Below, one piece after another: positions 1 to 10,590 of a stretch of DNA of 64,000 nt (position 1 is the first letter of the stretch; each line of letters opens with the position of its first letter). Source of the DNA: Malacoraja senta (taxonomy: Eukaryota); NCBI GenBank assembly GCA_038087875.1, contig JAXLNO010000061.1, positions 62,001-126,000 on the forward strand, in the 5' to 3' direction. A program made the position numbers and the translations under genes. A model generated the notes under the pieces. The model saw nothing but the letters and a program-made list of their open reading frames with translations, searched no databases and was not told the origin of the DNA.

Positions 1-877
1 TGATGTTGGATACCTTACATTTTCTTTTACAAAAGGGATCACTGGAAGCATTGAGACATTTCACAATAACATCATACATGGCACAGAGTTTTTCAGCATG
101 TTGCACGTCCTTACAATTCATATCTGAGCACATTAGGGCCTCTTGAGGCAATGCAATATTATTTAAAAAACTGTCCGTTCGCAGTGAGTATCCAGCCATA
201 ACCTCTCTGCTCAGTTTTGACCAGTCCAGTTTACTTGAGGAAGCAGCATTATTATTACTGGACAGCAGGGGGACATTCTCAACATTTAACTGTGCAGCAA
301 TAGGTATGTGATCAGAGGTGGCAAGTTCATAACAAATCTCCACCTTTTCCAGTGAGGCATGAGCATCAGCTGTGGTCACACTATGGTCTAACCAAGATGT
401 TGTGTGCCACGCTTCACTAACATAGGTAAAACTTGTATCAGGCAACAGAGCTTTACTCGATAGAATTAATTTAGACTCATTACAAAACTGCTGCAGGTGT
501 GCTGCAAATAAAGATTTGCTATCTGACATGTCAGCATTAAATTCACCCATGACGTAGACACAAGATGAGCTGTTGTCCTCCATAAAGGACTGAATAAAAG
601 CTAACCTGTTCAGAAACTCGTCCTCATGCTCATATGATTCATACGGTCTATAAACATTTAAGACAGTAAATTTATTTTCATTATAATTACACTCCAGCCC
701 TATGGCCCAGTCAACATTTAGACGCACCACCTTCACCAGTGAGTCATATTTGATGTTCCACAGTATAGCTACACCACCAGCTATCCTACCCCGAACCAGC
801 CTCGTACTGAGGTCGGTAGTGGACTCTCCAGCCCCATGGAAGTTCATGTGTAGAGTGCTCAAGTTATCCAGATCTTG
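1..877 (-). mobile_element. LINE fragment, APE endonuclease region, RTE-X-like; frame open to the window edge
   Basis: Manual translation from 877 gives ~292 stop-free codons with GGVAILW, LNVYRPY, VMGEFNAD, FTYVSEAWHTTSWLDH and SDHIP (APE endonuclease motifs). Not in the ORF track because no stop lies in the window. Clade call is from motif style. Confidence 0.75.
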
Positions 878-3432
878 ATAGGCCTACTGCCAGAATATTA
901 ACTAATAATATTTTGTCCTCGAAATTTCAGTTATCATGGGGAAATAGACAGGGTTGTTCATTATCACCTCTGCTATTTGCTCTTGTAATAGAACCGTTAG
1001 CGGAAAGTATTAGGATACATCCGAACATTCATGGGTACAATACAAAATACTCAAATAATAAGATATCTTTATATGCGGATGATGTACTACTATATATCAC
1101 AAAATCACAAATTAGTATACCAAATATATTAAATTTAATAGAGGAATTTGGATCCTTTTCAGGATATAGAATAAATTGGAATAAAAGTGAAATTATGACG
1201 ATTAAACCTCAAGAACCGACACACCTGTTAAAATTCCCTTTTAAAATCGCTTCAGAAAAATTAAAATATTTGGGAATTGAAATTACTAGAAAATATAAAT
1301 CTCTATTTAATGCAAACTATATGCCTTTACTCAATAAACTAAACACACTGATTAAATTCTGGAAAACCCTCCCGATGTCTCTTATAGGCCGAATAAATGC
1401 TATAAAAATGATCTTTTTACCACAAATTTTATATCTATTCCAGTCAATACCGATATACTTACCAAAACAATTTTTTTTTAATTGGATGCTGATATTACAA
1501 ACTTTATATGGGACTATAAATTCCACAGAATACAAAGAAAACATTTGTGTAAACCTAAAGAATTTGGTGGATTATCACTCCCCAATTTGTTATATTATTA
1601 TTGGGCCACAAACGTCAAAAATATGATTCACCTGTTGGACAATTCGGCCCAGCAGGTGGAGTGGATAGTAATGGAGAGAGAGGACTGTTCCCCTCTTAAT
1701 ATAGGAGCGATCCTATATAGGAGCGATCCTATATTAAGGACTTTGCTGTCCGGGTTGCCGTACACAGAGGAGGAAGGCAACCTTTATCCCCAGGGCTGTC
1801 CAGCTTCTTAATGCTGATCACTGACTCATGAACATATGAAATTAAATAACCTTCTATATGCACTTGTTAATTGAAGCAGTAAGGAAGCACTCTAAAAACT
1901 ATTACTATGTGTTGAAAACTATTACTATGTGTTGAATGTTGATGTGCTGTGTGTCTTGTGTGATTGTGCAGTGTGTCTGTGAAATGCGTGTGTGTTGGTT
2001 GATTGTGCAGTATGCGTGCTGCTTATGTTTGTTGATTGTGTCCCTTTTTTTTAAAAAGCTACTGTAATGCGCCCTTTTAAATTGCCCCTCGGCGACGAAT
2101 AAATTGCTTTGATTGATTGATTGATTGATTGATCCTTCTCTCACCAACAAAAATGAAGAATACAATATATAGTAAAAATCCAATTATTCATAGTACAATT
2201 AGAATTTGGAAACAAGTAAAATTAACGTTAAAATTAAGAAATCTATCACTTCTCTCACCTATAATGAATAACCCTTCGTTTAAACCTTCTATGATAGATA
2301 GAGCTTTTATAAATTGGGAAAGAGTAAGAATCAAAACGTTTGGAGATATGTATGATAATGGAAGTTTTTTAACATTTCACCAACTACAACTTAAATACAA
2401 CATGAATAGTAATCAATATTTCAAATATTTTCAAATACGTGACTATTTGAAAAAGTATACACGAGAATATCAAAATATGTCTCCTGACCTATTAGATGGG
2501 ATAATGAATATAAAAGCGGAATCAGCTAATTTAATATCATACCTATACAATTCCATTTTAAACATAGAAATTCCATCATCAGATGGGATTAGAAGAGAAT
2601 GGGAACTAGCTATAAAAATCTCAAAAGAGAGTTGGGATAAACACCTATTATATGTGCATAAATGCTTGATTAACGTAAGACATACTCGGATTCAATTTAA
2701 AATTTTATATAGATTATACTATTCAAAAGATAAATTAAGTGAATTTTACCCAAATACCTCTGCTATCTATGATAAATGCCTAATCCAAGAATCAACTATA
2801 GCACATTCTTTTGTTTTTTGTATAAAAATTCGAAAATATTGGTATGAAATTTTTGAAATTTTCGCTAAATTATTTAAAATAAAACTGAAACCGAATGCAG
2901 AATTGATTATTTTTGGAACAATAGAAGCAAGTTTGGAGCTGACTTCGTTTCAAAGGAGTTTTCTTAATTATGGCTTAATAACAGCAAAAAGACTGATACT
3001 GAAATTTTGGAAAAATGCTCCTATGCCAACAATAAAAATGTGGACTTCTAATATGTCGGAATTGTTACACCTAGAAGATATGAGATTCCTCCTAGCAGGT
3101 AAACAAGACCAATTCCAAAAGATTTGGTCTCCATATATCGACTTATTACAAACATACGGTGCAACAAAAGGTTGATAATAAATGGTTTTAGGACCTGGCG
3201 AGGGGTGAGTAAAGATAGGAAGTAGGTACATCCCTCTCATAATGTCCAATCTTACTTTCTTTTTTCTTTTTTCTTTTTCCGCCTTTTGGTTTTTTCTTTT
3301 CTTTTTTTTAAACTATTTCTTGTGGTTTAGGTTCATACGGGTGTTCCTGGACCACTCTTTCATTCACTCACCACTATCTTTACTAACTCTATCCTTTTTT
3401 CCTATTAAAGTTTTTAAAATTTTTTTTTTTTT
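877..3432 (+). mobile_element. 5'-truncated L1-clade LINE (RT C-half, Zn-knuckle region, 3' UTR), frameshifted and interrupted
   Basis: ORFs 913..1626 (RQGCSLSPLLF, LYADD), 1482..1811 and 2129..3175; T-rich 3' UTR. Closely similar to the minus-strand copy at ~43-47 kb. Confidence 0.93.
1734..2129 (+). mobile_element. 3' end of a Rex1/Babar-like LINE inserted in the L1
   Basis: Encodes RRKATFIPRAVQLLN (Rex1-type C-terminal motif), then a 3' UTR, AATAAA and a (GATT)n tail. L1 coding resumes at GATCCTTCTC. Confidence 0.65.
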
Positions 3433-3999
3433 AAAAATACACCATTTATCCTGTATTTTAAACACCATTTCAAACCGGCTTAAACACAAGCCGATTCGGG
3501 ACCTCCGCGGCTTGGAGGTCCCGAATCGGCTGCTTCCTACCCGAGACCTGGGCATCACGATGTTATAGGCTGCGGGCTTGCGGTTGGAGCTCTTCTCTGG
3601 CGAGGGATCCCAGACTCCGCGATGGAAAGTCCATGCTGCGCCCGCGGCTAGAAGCTCCACAGACCGTGGTTTCAGGATGTTATAATCTGCGTGCCAGCGA
3701 TCGGAGCACTTCTTCAGGCGACCACCGGCTCCGCGATCTGAGCTATAGGAAGAGATCGGGCAGGCTACACGACAGAAAGTAATAATTTTTTTCTTACCTT
3801 TCGTATTTAGTGGGGAACCTGAAGAAAGACAGGTCGGGTCACTTACATTGGCAATTCGAGCACTTTATAGCAGAACAGCATGCTACGCTTGTAGATGTGG
3901 ATGCCATGACAGAAGCCGATTAAAAAAAACCTCATATATTTGATTCCTGAAATGGCGCGAACAAAATTACCTATGACCTATTATGTCTTTTTTGCCTAG

Positions 4000-4890
4000 T
4001 GGTCTATCTTGCTCCTCTAGATAATCTAATTAAACTGTGGTCAATGGTCCCAAATGGCTCCTCCACACACACTTCATTAACTTGCCCCTCCCAATTTCCC
4101 AATACTAGATCCAGCGTTGCCCTCTCAAGTGTGGGGGCCTCCACCTACTGCTTAAGAAAACTCTCCTAAATACTTTTGAGGAGTTGCACCCTATCTAAAC
4201 CCTTCACGGTATGATATTCCCAGTCTATATTGGGAACGTTTATATTCCCAGTCTATATCGGTCTGTACTACACCCCGAACAAGGTGATTATCCCTTTCGT
4301 TCCTCAGCTCCACCCATATAGCCTTACTAGATGAACCACTCATAATGTCACCTCTGAACACAGCCGTGACATCATCCTTAACCAACATTGCAACCACCCC
4401 CCAATCCCCCCCTGAAGCTCCTGTACCCTAGACCATTGAGCTGCCAGTCCTGCCTCTCCCTTAACCAGGTTTCAGTCATGGCGACAACGTCCCAGTCGCT
4501 CGTACATATCCATGCCCTAAGCTCATCTGCCTTACCCATCAGGCCCCTTGCATTAAAATATGTGCAGTTTAAACCAACCCTCCTTCCTCGCTCTCCACCT
4601 TTCACCTGCCTATTCTGTTTACTAACCTTTCCAACACTACCCTCCATACCAACTTCTCGCCTCTCACGTGCCTCTGTCCTGCATGAGATCCCACCCCTCT
4701 GCCCATCTAGTTTAAACCAAAGATACTAGAGGAGCTTCTCTAGTATCTTTGGTTTAAACCCTCCCTTGTAGCATTTGCAAACTTTCCCGCTAGGATGTTG
4801 GTCCCCCTCCAGTTTAGGTGCAACTATTATACTGGTCACCCCTGCCCCGGAAGAGATCCCAATGATCCAGAAATCTGAAGCGTTGCCCTA
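4000..4890 (-). mobile_element. CR1 LINE fragment (end of ORF1 esterase, start of ORF2 endonuclease)
   Basis: ORF 4378..4647 has YFNARGL...DVVAMTETWL; 4191..4397 has AIWVELRN. Homologous to the CR1 at 8.3-9.8 kb. Confidence 0.88.
4718..4751. mobile_element. 34-bp hairpin insertion (minimal hAT-like MITE) with 8-bp TSD
   Basis: CAAAGATACTAGAG-GAGCTT-CTCTAGTATCTTTG flanked by GTTTAAAC at 4710-4717 and 4752-4759. Confidence 0.85.
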
Positions 4891-4895
4891 TGCAC

Positions 4896-5110
4896 CAAAG
4901 ATCATAGAGCGGAGCAAGATACTCCACTCCAACGTAAACCAACGCATTGAGGTGTAGTACATAACGGAACGTCACGGCTGCCATTTGTTAATGCAAAACG
5001 CGACTTCCGTTATGCCTCCCTCTGTGTAATCTTTGGTGTAATCAGTGTTGTAGGGAACAGTGTTTGATATAGCATCTATCACCTCACATATTTTAGTTAA
5101 TTTTATTGTA
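4896..5110. mobile_element. Non-autonomous DNA transposon pieces with CAAAGAT...ATCTTTG ends
   Basis: 4896-5035 starts CAAAGATCATAGAG and ends ATCTTTG. It and the following ~75 bp recur at 24364-24477 and 24785-24860. Confidence 0.6.
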
Positions 5111-5943
5111 AATGTTTTCCCCGTTCCCCCATTTCCCTCCGATCTTTCCTCCCCAGCCCCCTCCTTTGCATAGTTTTCCTTGCATTGTATTGTGCAGTTT
5201 CCCTTCTAATGCTTGAACACACACTGTGCACAAAATTAAATTTAACATATATATATATATTTATATGAATGTGTGTTTGTGTGTGCCTGTGTGTGAGGCA
5301 AGTTAGAGATAAATACATTTCCTTCTCATGGATCAGAAGCAACTTTGATTTAAAGCATCACCATCACTCTCTATCTTATTTGTCAGATGATGTACATAAA
5401 CCATAAAGGCAATTATATATATAATTATATGCATATAAATATATGCATATATATTTATATATATATTTACAAAGCTGCACACAAAAATATGACATTTGGT
5501 GTCAAATTTCAAATTCCTTGACAAGCACTTTATTGGGTTCATGACTGACATAGTATCAACAACAAATGTAGAAAAGATAACACATTGATGACAAGTTTCC
5601 AAAAATGGCATCAGAATACACAAAATCATTTTGTGTAATGTTTGTCGCGTGGTGTCCACCAGTGACCTGGTTGGCACAGTAAGTGCACATATTTCTTATT
5701 CCTTTCTATGTTGATGAATACCACATGGAGCAATAAAATTGCAAACACCATTTCCACTTCATTCACCTGATCATGTAGTAGAATACTGCATCCATCTGAG
5801 TGGACACCGCATGTGATCTAAACGGTACATTACCTTGTGGATCTGAGTGACATAGTTGGCCGATGAGACAGTGTGTTGCCAAATTGAAGATTGGCTCAGT
5901 TTTAGTTTTGATGAGCAATTCATGTAAAAAAATGTGATATCGA

Positions 5944-6038
5944 TGTATATATACACACACACACACACAAACACATATATATTTCTCTAGTTTCTTGTGA
6001 TTTCCTCTAATTTGTTTAGCAACCTTTTTCTTTCAATC

Positions 6039-6083
<45 letters not shown>

Positions 6084-6165
6084 ATGTATATACATACATA
6101 TTTGTATGTATATACATATATATATATATATACACACACATATATACATATATATATATATATAT
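5944..6165. repeat. (TA)n/(CA)n/(TG)n microsatellite cluster
   Basis: Visible dinucleotide runs. Confidence 0.9.
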
Positions 6166-6634
6166 TGAAATCCTAATATTGTGAATAAAATATCAATGAA
6201 CAGAATGTCTAAATATTTTTCAATTCTTTCATTCTATATTAGCGTAATACAATGTAGTGCATACATACCCACATATTTAAATTCCGTCGATAAGTTGGTC
6301 AAATAACATGGGGGCCTTCTTGCTTTTTTTTGAGGCATGGATTTTTTTTAATGTGAATGTCTCATAACGACACATTTGTGGGTCAGCAGTATATTGCACC
6401 AACCCCCACAATTTCAAATAACTCTAAATTGAACTTCATAAACAAGGAAAATACTTTTAATTTCCGTCATTTATGGTAATATTTACATCATTTTGTGCGC
6501 GACATATACAGGGGGTTGCCGTGTTTTGAAAGTGATGTAAAATTCAACATATTTCAGACAATGATAGCTCCACCCCTTGCTTACCCCAAAGGACAAAATT
6601 TCCAACTTATATACAATAATAAATATATCGTCAT

Positions 6635-6882
6635 TTGCACAATTTTGTGTGGGTAACGGGAGGTTCTCATTCTTCCTCTTGAGTATCCTGCGTTGGGAAA
6701 ACAGACGTTTCGCCGTGTTCTGGATGTCAAATAGCGTTGGAACTGCATTCCAATTTAGCCTGTTATTGGTCTGCCTGTTGGAAAACTGGTCAAGTTCAGT
6801 GTTCAGAACAAAGACGGCAGGTGGTTGACAAGTTCGGTGTAGGAGATCTTGTCGACGAGTATTCTGGACCCGCTGTCGACAT
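6635..6882 (-). pseudogene. Decayed THAP-domain exon, probably from a THAP-containing transposase
   Basis: After acceptor TAATTTCAG (AG at 6884-6883): CRQRVQNTRRQDLLHRT / LSTTCRLCSEH / ELDQFSNRQTNNRLNWNAVPTLFDI, with two frameshifts. RLCSEH and AVPTLF are THAP hallmarks. Confidence 0.75.
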
Positions 6883-7197
6883 CTGAAATTACAAAAATCT
6901 CATATAGGATTAACTAAGAACAAAAATGATTATAATTACTTAGCTGCAGAATGGATGATATATCACTCAAGTGCAATTGTTTTCAATTGTGGGGAGAGAC
7001 CTGTATATTGAAGATGCATTTTGCCTCTAATATGTCAATTTACCTTCAATGTAGAAGAGCTTATTTAAATCTTCTTACATAGACCATTTAAGTATTTTAT
7101 TTCTATCCTCTTTTGGACCTAAGATACTAGCAGGGCTGCAAACTATGAGGCAGAGAGAGGGGAGGAATAGAGACAAAGGCAGATAGGGCAGAGACAG

Positions 7198-8170
7198 ACC
7201 ATATAACCATATAACCATATAACCATTACAGCACGGAAACAGGCCATCTCGGCCCTTCAAGTCCGTGCCGAACACATTAAAAAAAAAAAAAATTGTGTTT
7301 TTATTTACTTCCCCCTAGTCCCATCTACCTGCACTCAGACCATAACCCTCCATTATTTTCCCGTCCATATACCCATCCAATCTATTTTTAAAGGATAAAA
7401 TCGAACCTGCCTCCACCACTTCCACTGGAAGCTCATTCCACACAGCAACCACTCTCTGAGTAAAGAAGTTCCCCCTAATGTTACCCCTAAACTTCTGTCC
7501 CTTAATTCTCAAGTCATGTCCCCGTGTTTGAATCTTCCCTACTCTCAATGGGAAAAGCTTATCCATGTCAAATCTGTCTAACCAGCTCATAATTTTAAAG
7601 ACCTCTATCAAGTCCCCTCTTAACCTTCTGCGCTCCAAAGAATAAAGACCTAACTTGTTCAACCTTTCTCTGCAACTTAGTTGCTGAAACCCAGGCAACA
7701 TTCTAGTAAATCTCCTCTGTACTCTCTCTATTTTGTTGACATCCTTCGTATAATTAGGCGACCAAAATTGTACTCCATACTCCAGAATTGGCTTCACCAA
7801 TGCCTTGTACAATTTTAACATTACATCCCAACTTCTATATTCAATGCTCTGATTTATAAAGGCCAGCACACCAAAAGCTTTCTTTACCACCCCATCTACA
7901 TGAGATTCCACCTTCAGGGAACTATGCACAGTTATTCCTAGATCACTCTGTACAACTGCATTCCTCAATTCGCTACCATTTACCATGTATGTCCTATTTT
8001 GATTTGTCCTGCCGAGATGTAGCACCTCACATTTATCAGCATTAAACTCCATCTGCCATCTCTCAGCCCACTCTTCCAAATGGCCTAAATCTCTCTGTAG
8101 ACTTTGAAAATCTACTTCATTATCCACAACACCACCTATCTTAGTATCATCTGCATACTTACTAATCCAT
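7198..8170 (-). mobile_element. CR1 LINE 3' fragment with (ATATGGTT)n tail
   Basis: ORF 7315..8178: KYADDTK, WQMEFNADKC, LEYGVQFWSP, SLERRRLRGDLI. 8-mer tail repeats at 7198-7225. Confidence 0.95.
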
Positions 8171-8321
8171 AAAGACATAAAGAGAGAGAAAGTCAGAAAG
8201 GGCAGAGAGAGAGAAAGAGAAAGGCAGATAGGGCAGAGAGAAGGAGTGTGGGGGAAGCCTCTGATTGGTCGAACGGACTAGAGGAAGCAGCTGATTGGCT
8301 TGTATCCCAGGTAAGGGGATT

Positions 8322-9257
8322 ATGAGGGCCAGGGCAGTTTACTGTTCTGGATGTCAGATGTGGGAAGTCATGGAGTCTGATAGCCCTCCAGACGTCCACA
8401 TCTGCGCCAGGTGCATCGAGATGGGGCTCCTAAGGGACCGTGTTAGGAACCTGGAGCAGCAACTCGATGACCTCTGTCTGCTCAGGGAGAGCGAGGAGGT
8501 CATAGAAAGGAGTTACAGGGAGGTGGTCACTCCAAGACCACGGGAGACAGAAAACTGGGTCACAGTTAGGAAGGGCAATGGGCAGAGGCAGGGACTGGTG
8601 AGTACCCCAGTGGCTGTACACCTTGAAAATAAGTACTCATGTTTGAGTAATGGTGGTGGAGATGGCCTACCTGGGGGCAGCGACAGCGGCTGGGCCTCTG
8701 GCACAAAGATCGGTCCTGTTGCTCAGAAGGGTATGGAAAAGAAGAGGAGGGCAATTGTAATAGGGGACTCTATAGTCAGGGGGTCGGATAGGCGTTTCTG
8801 TGGACGCAGACAGGAGACCCGGATGGTAGTTTGCCTCCCTGGTGCCAGGGACAGGGATGTGTCTGAACGTGTCGAAGAAATCCTGAAATGGGAGGGAGAG
8901 GAGCCTGAGGTTGTGGTACATATAGGTACCAACAACATAGGTAAAAAAAGAGAAGAGGCCCTGAAAGAAGAATTTATGGAGTTAGGTAGAGAGTTAAGGA
9001 GAAGGACTGCAAAGGTAACAATCTCAGGATTACTGCCTGTGCCACGCGACAGTGAGAGTAGGAATGGAGCGAGGTGGAGGATAAATGAGTGGATGAGGGA
9101 CTGGTGCAGTGGGTATGGATTCAAGTTTCTGGATCATTGGGACCTCTTTTGGGGAAGGTGCGACCTGTACAGAAAGGATGGGTTGCACTTGAACTCGAGG
9201 GGGACCAATATCCTGGCGGGTAGATTTGCAAAGGCTACTGGGGAGACTTTAAACTAG
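8322..9257 (+). CDS. CR1 ORF1, uninterrupted: Cys-rich N-terminus, coiled coil, SGNH esterase-like domain
   Basis: ATG at 8322 within ORF 8295..9257; CSGC...HICARC, IVIGDSIVR, VVVHIGTNN, DGLHLN. Confidence 0.9.
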   Translation: MRARAVYCSGCQMWEVMESDSPPDVHICARCIEMGLLRDRVRNLEQQLDDLCLLRESEEVIERSYREVVTPRPRETENWVTVRKGNGQRQGLVSTPVAVHLENKYSCLSNGGGDGLPGGSDSGWASGTKIGPVAQKGMEKKRRAIVIGDSIVRGSDRRFCGRRQETRMVVCLPGARDRDVSERVEEILKWEGEEPEVVVHIGTNNIGKKREEALKEEFMELGRELRRRTAKVTISGLLPVPRDSESRNGARWRINEWMRDWCSGYGFKFLDHWDLFWGRCDLYRKDGLHLNSRGTNILAGRFAKATGETLN

Positions 9258-9759
9258 TGTGGTTGGGGGGAGGGACTCAAATTGGGAAAGCTAGCAGTCA
9301 GTGTGTGAGGCAGGAGGCAGAGAATGGAAGCACTCTGACCCAAAATGTAGGGGAGAGAGAAGAAAAAGACAATAAACAGAGAATAAGAGTGGGTGGGTTT
9401 CTTAAATGTGTATATTTTAATGCTAGGAGCATTGTAAGAAAGGTGGATGAACTTAAAGCCTGGATTAACACCTGGAAGTATGATGTTGTGGCGATCAGTG
9501 AAACATGGTTGCAGGAGGGCTGTGATTGGAAACTAAATATTCCAGGATTTCGTTGCTTCAGGTGTGATAGAATTGGAGGGGCAAGAGGTGGAGGTGTTGC
9601 ATTGCTTATGAGGGAAGATATTACAGCAGTGCTTTGGCAGGATAAATTAGAGGGCTCTTCTAGGGAGGCTATTTGGGTGGAACTGAGAAATGGGAAAGGG
9701 GTAGCAACACTCATAGGGGTGTATTATAGACCGCCAAATGGGGAGCGAGAATTGGAGCG
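9257..9759 (+). mobile_element. CR1 ORF2 endonuclease N-part, truncated at the junction with a Gypsy
   Basis: YFNARSI, DVVAISETWL, RGGGVALL, IGVYYRPP. Confidence 0.9.
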
Positions 9760-10273
9760 AACCCAAATTTCGACTCCCACTAGTACAGGTGGAAGTTTAT
9801 CGTTGCTGACGTCGCCGAACCGATCCTGGGGGCTGATATCTTGCGCGTGTTCTCCCTGTTAGTCGATGTGCGAGGTGGACGCATGGTCCCTGTGTCGGAC
9901 CCACGCCCTGCCAAGCCGTGCAACCCGTCAACTTGACGAGGTAGCTGAGATCCAGCAACCTTTCGCAGCTCTGCTCGACGACTTCCCACGGTTGCTCACG
10001 CCCCGGTTCGACGGGGCCGCGCCCCATCATGGCGTGGTCCACCACATTCCCACTGAGGGCCCATCGGTACATGCCGGCACGCGCCGTCTCCCGCCCGATA
10101 AACTGCGCATCGCACGAGACGAGTTCCAACTTATGGAGGACCTAGGGATCGTCCGGTGGTCAGATAGCCTCTGGGCTTGCCCGTTACACATGGTGCCCAA
10201 AGCGTCCGGGGGTTGGAGACCTTGCGGTGATTACAGGCGTTTGAATGCAGTAACCACAGCCGATCGGTTCCCA

Positions 10274-10282
10274 GTAAGTAAA

Positions 10283-10338
<56 letters not shown>

Positions 10339-10590
10339 TAATCTTTATTGTCATTGCACTATTGTACAATGAAATTTAAAAGTCAATCCCACGGTGCGAT
10401 TCACAAGAGCAATTTTAAATATATAAGAAAAGGTAAAAAAATATATACATATAAAAAGAAAAATTACAGATAAATAACAATGGCAGCTGAGGTAGAACCA
10501 TTCAGTTGAATGTGAGTGTTATTTCTTATTTTGCATTGTTAAGTTCACGTATGGCTAAGGGGTAGAAGCTGTCTCTGAGTCTGTTTGTGC
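10274..10590 (-). mobile_element. 3' end of a Rex1/Babar-like LINE with (TTAC)n tail, inserted in Gypsy A RT
   Basis: Minus strand encodes NRLRDSFYPLAIRELN, then AAATTTCATTGTAC...GACAATAAAG and (TTAC)n. Splits host DRFPV|PNIQDF. Confidence 0.75.

Noticed and set aside
5480..5940. Possible exon or continuation of the THAP transposase
   Set aside because: No recognisable motif in the frames I read.
7198..9759. Divergent CR1 3' and 5' pieces resembling a twin-primed 5' inversion
   Set aside because: The same GA-rich sequence (AAAGGCAGATAGGGCAGAGA) lies on both sides of the minus piece with a CCAT overlap, so simple insertion into the other element's 5' region fits better.
9257..9862. CR1 endonuclease-Gypsy fusion protein
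   Set aside because: The Gypsy part is out of frame and stops within ~35 codons.
10274..10335. (GTAA)n array as a CRISPR-like or splice-donor array
   Set aside because: No spacers; it is the microsatellite tail of an antisense LINE.
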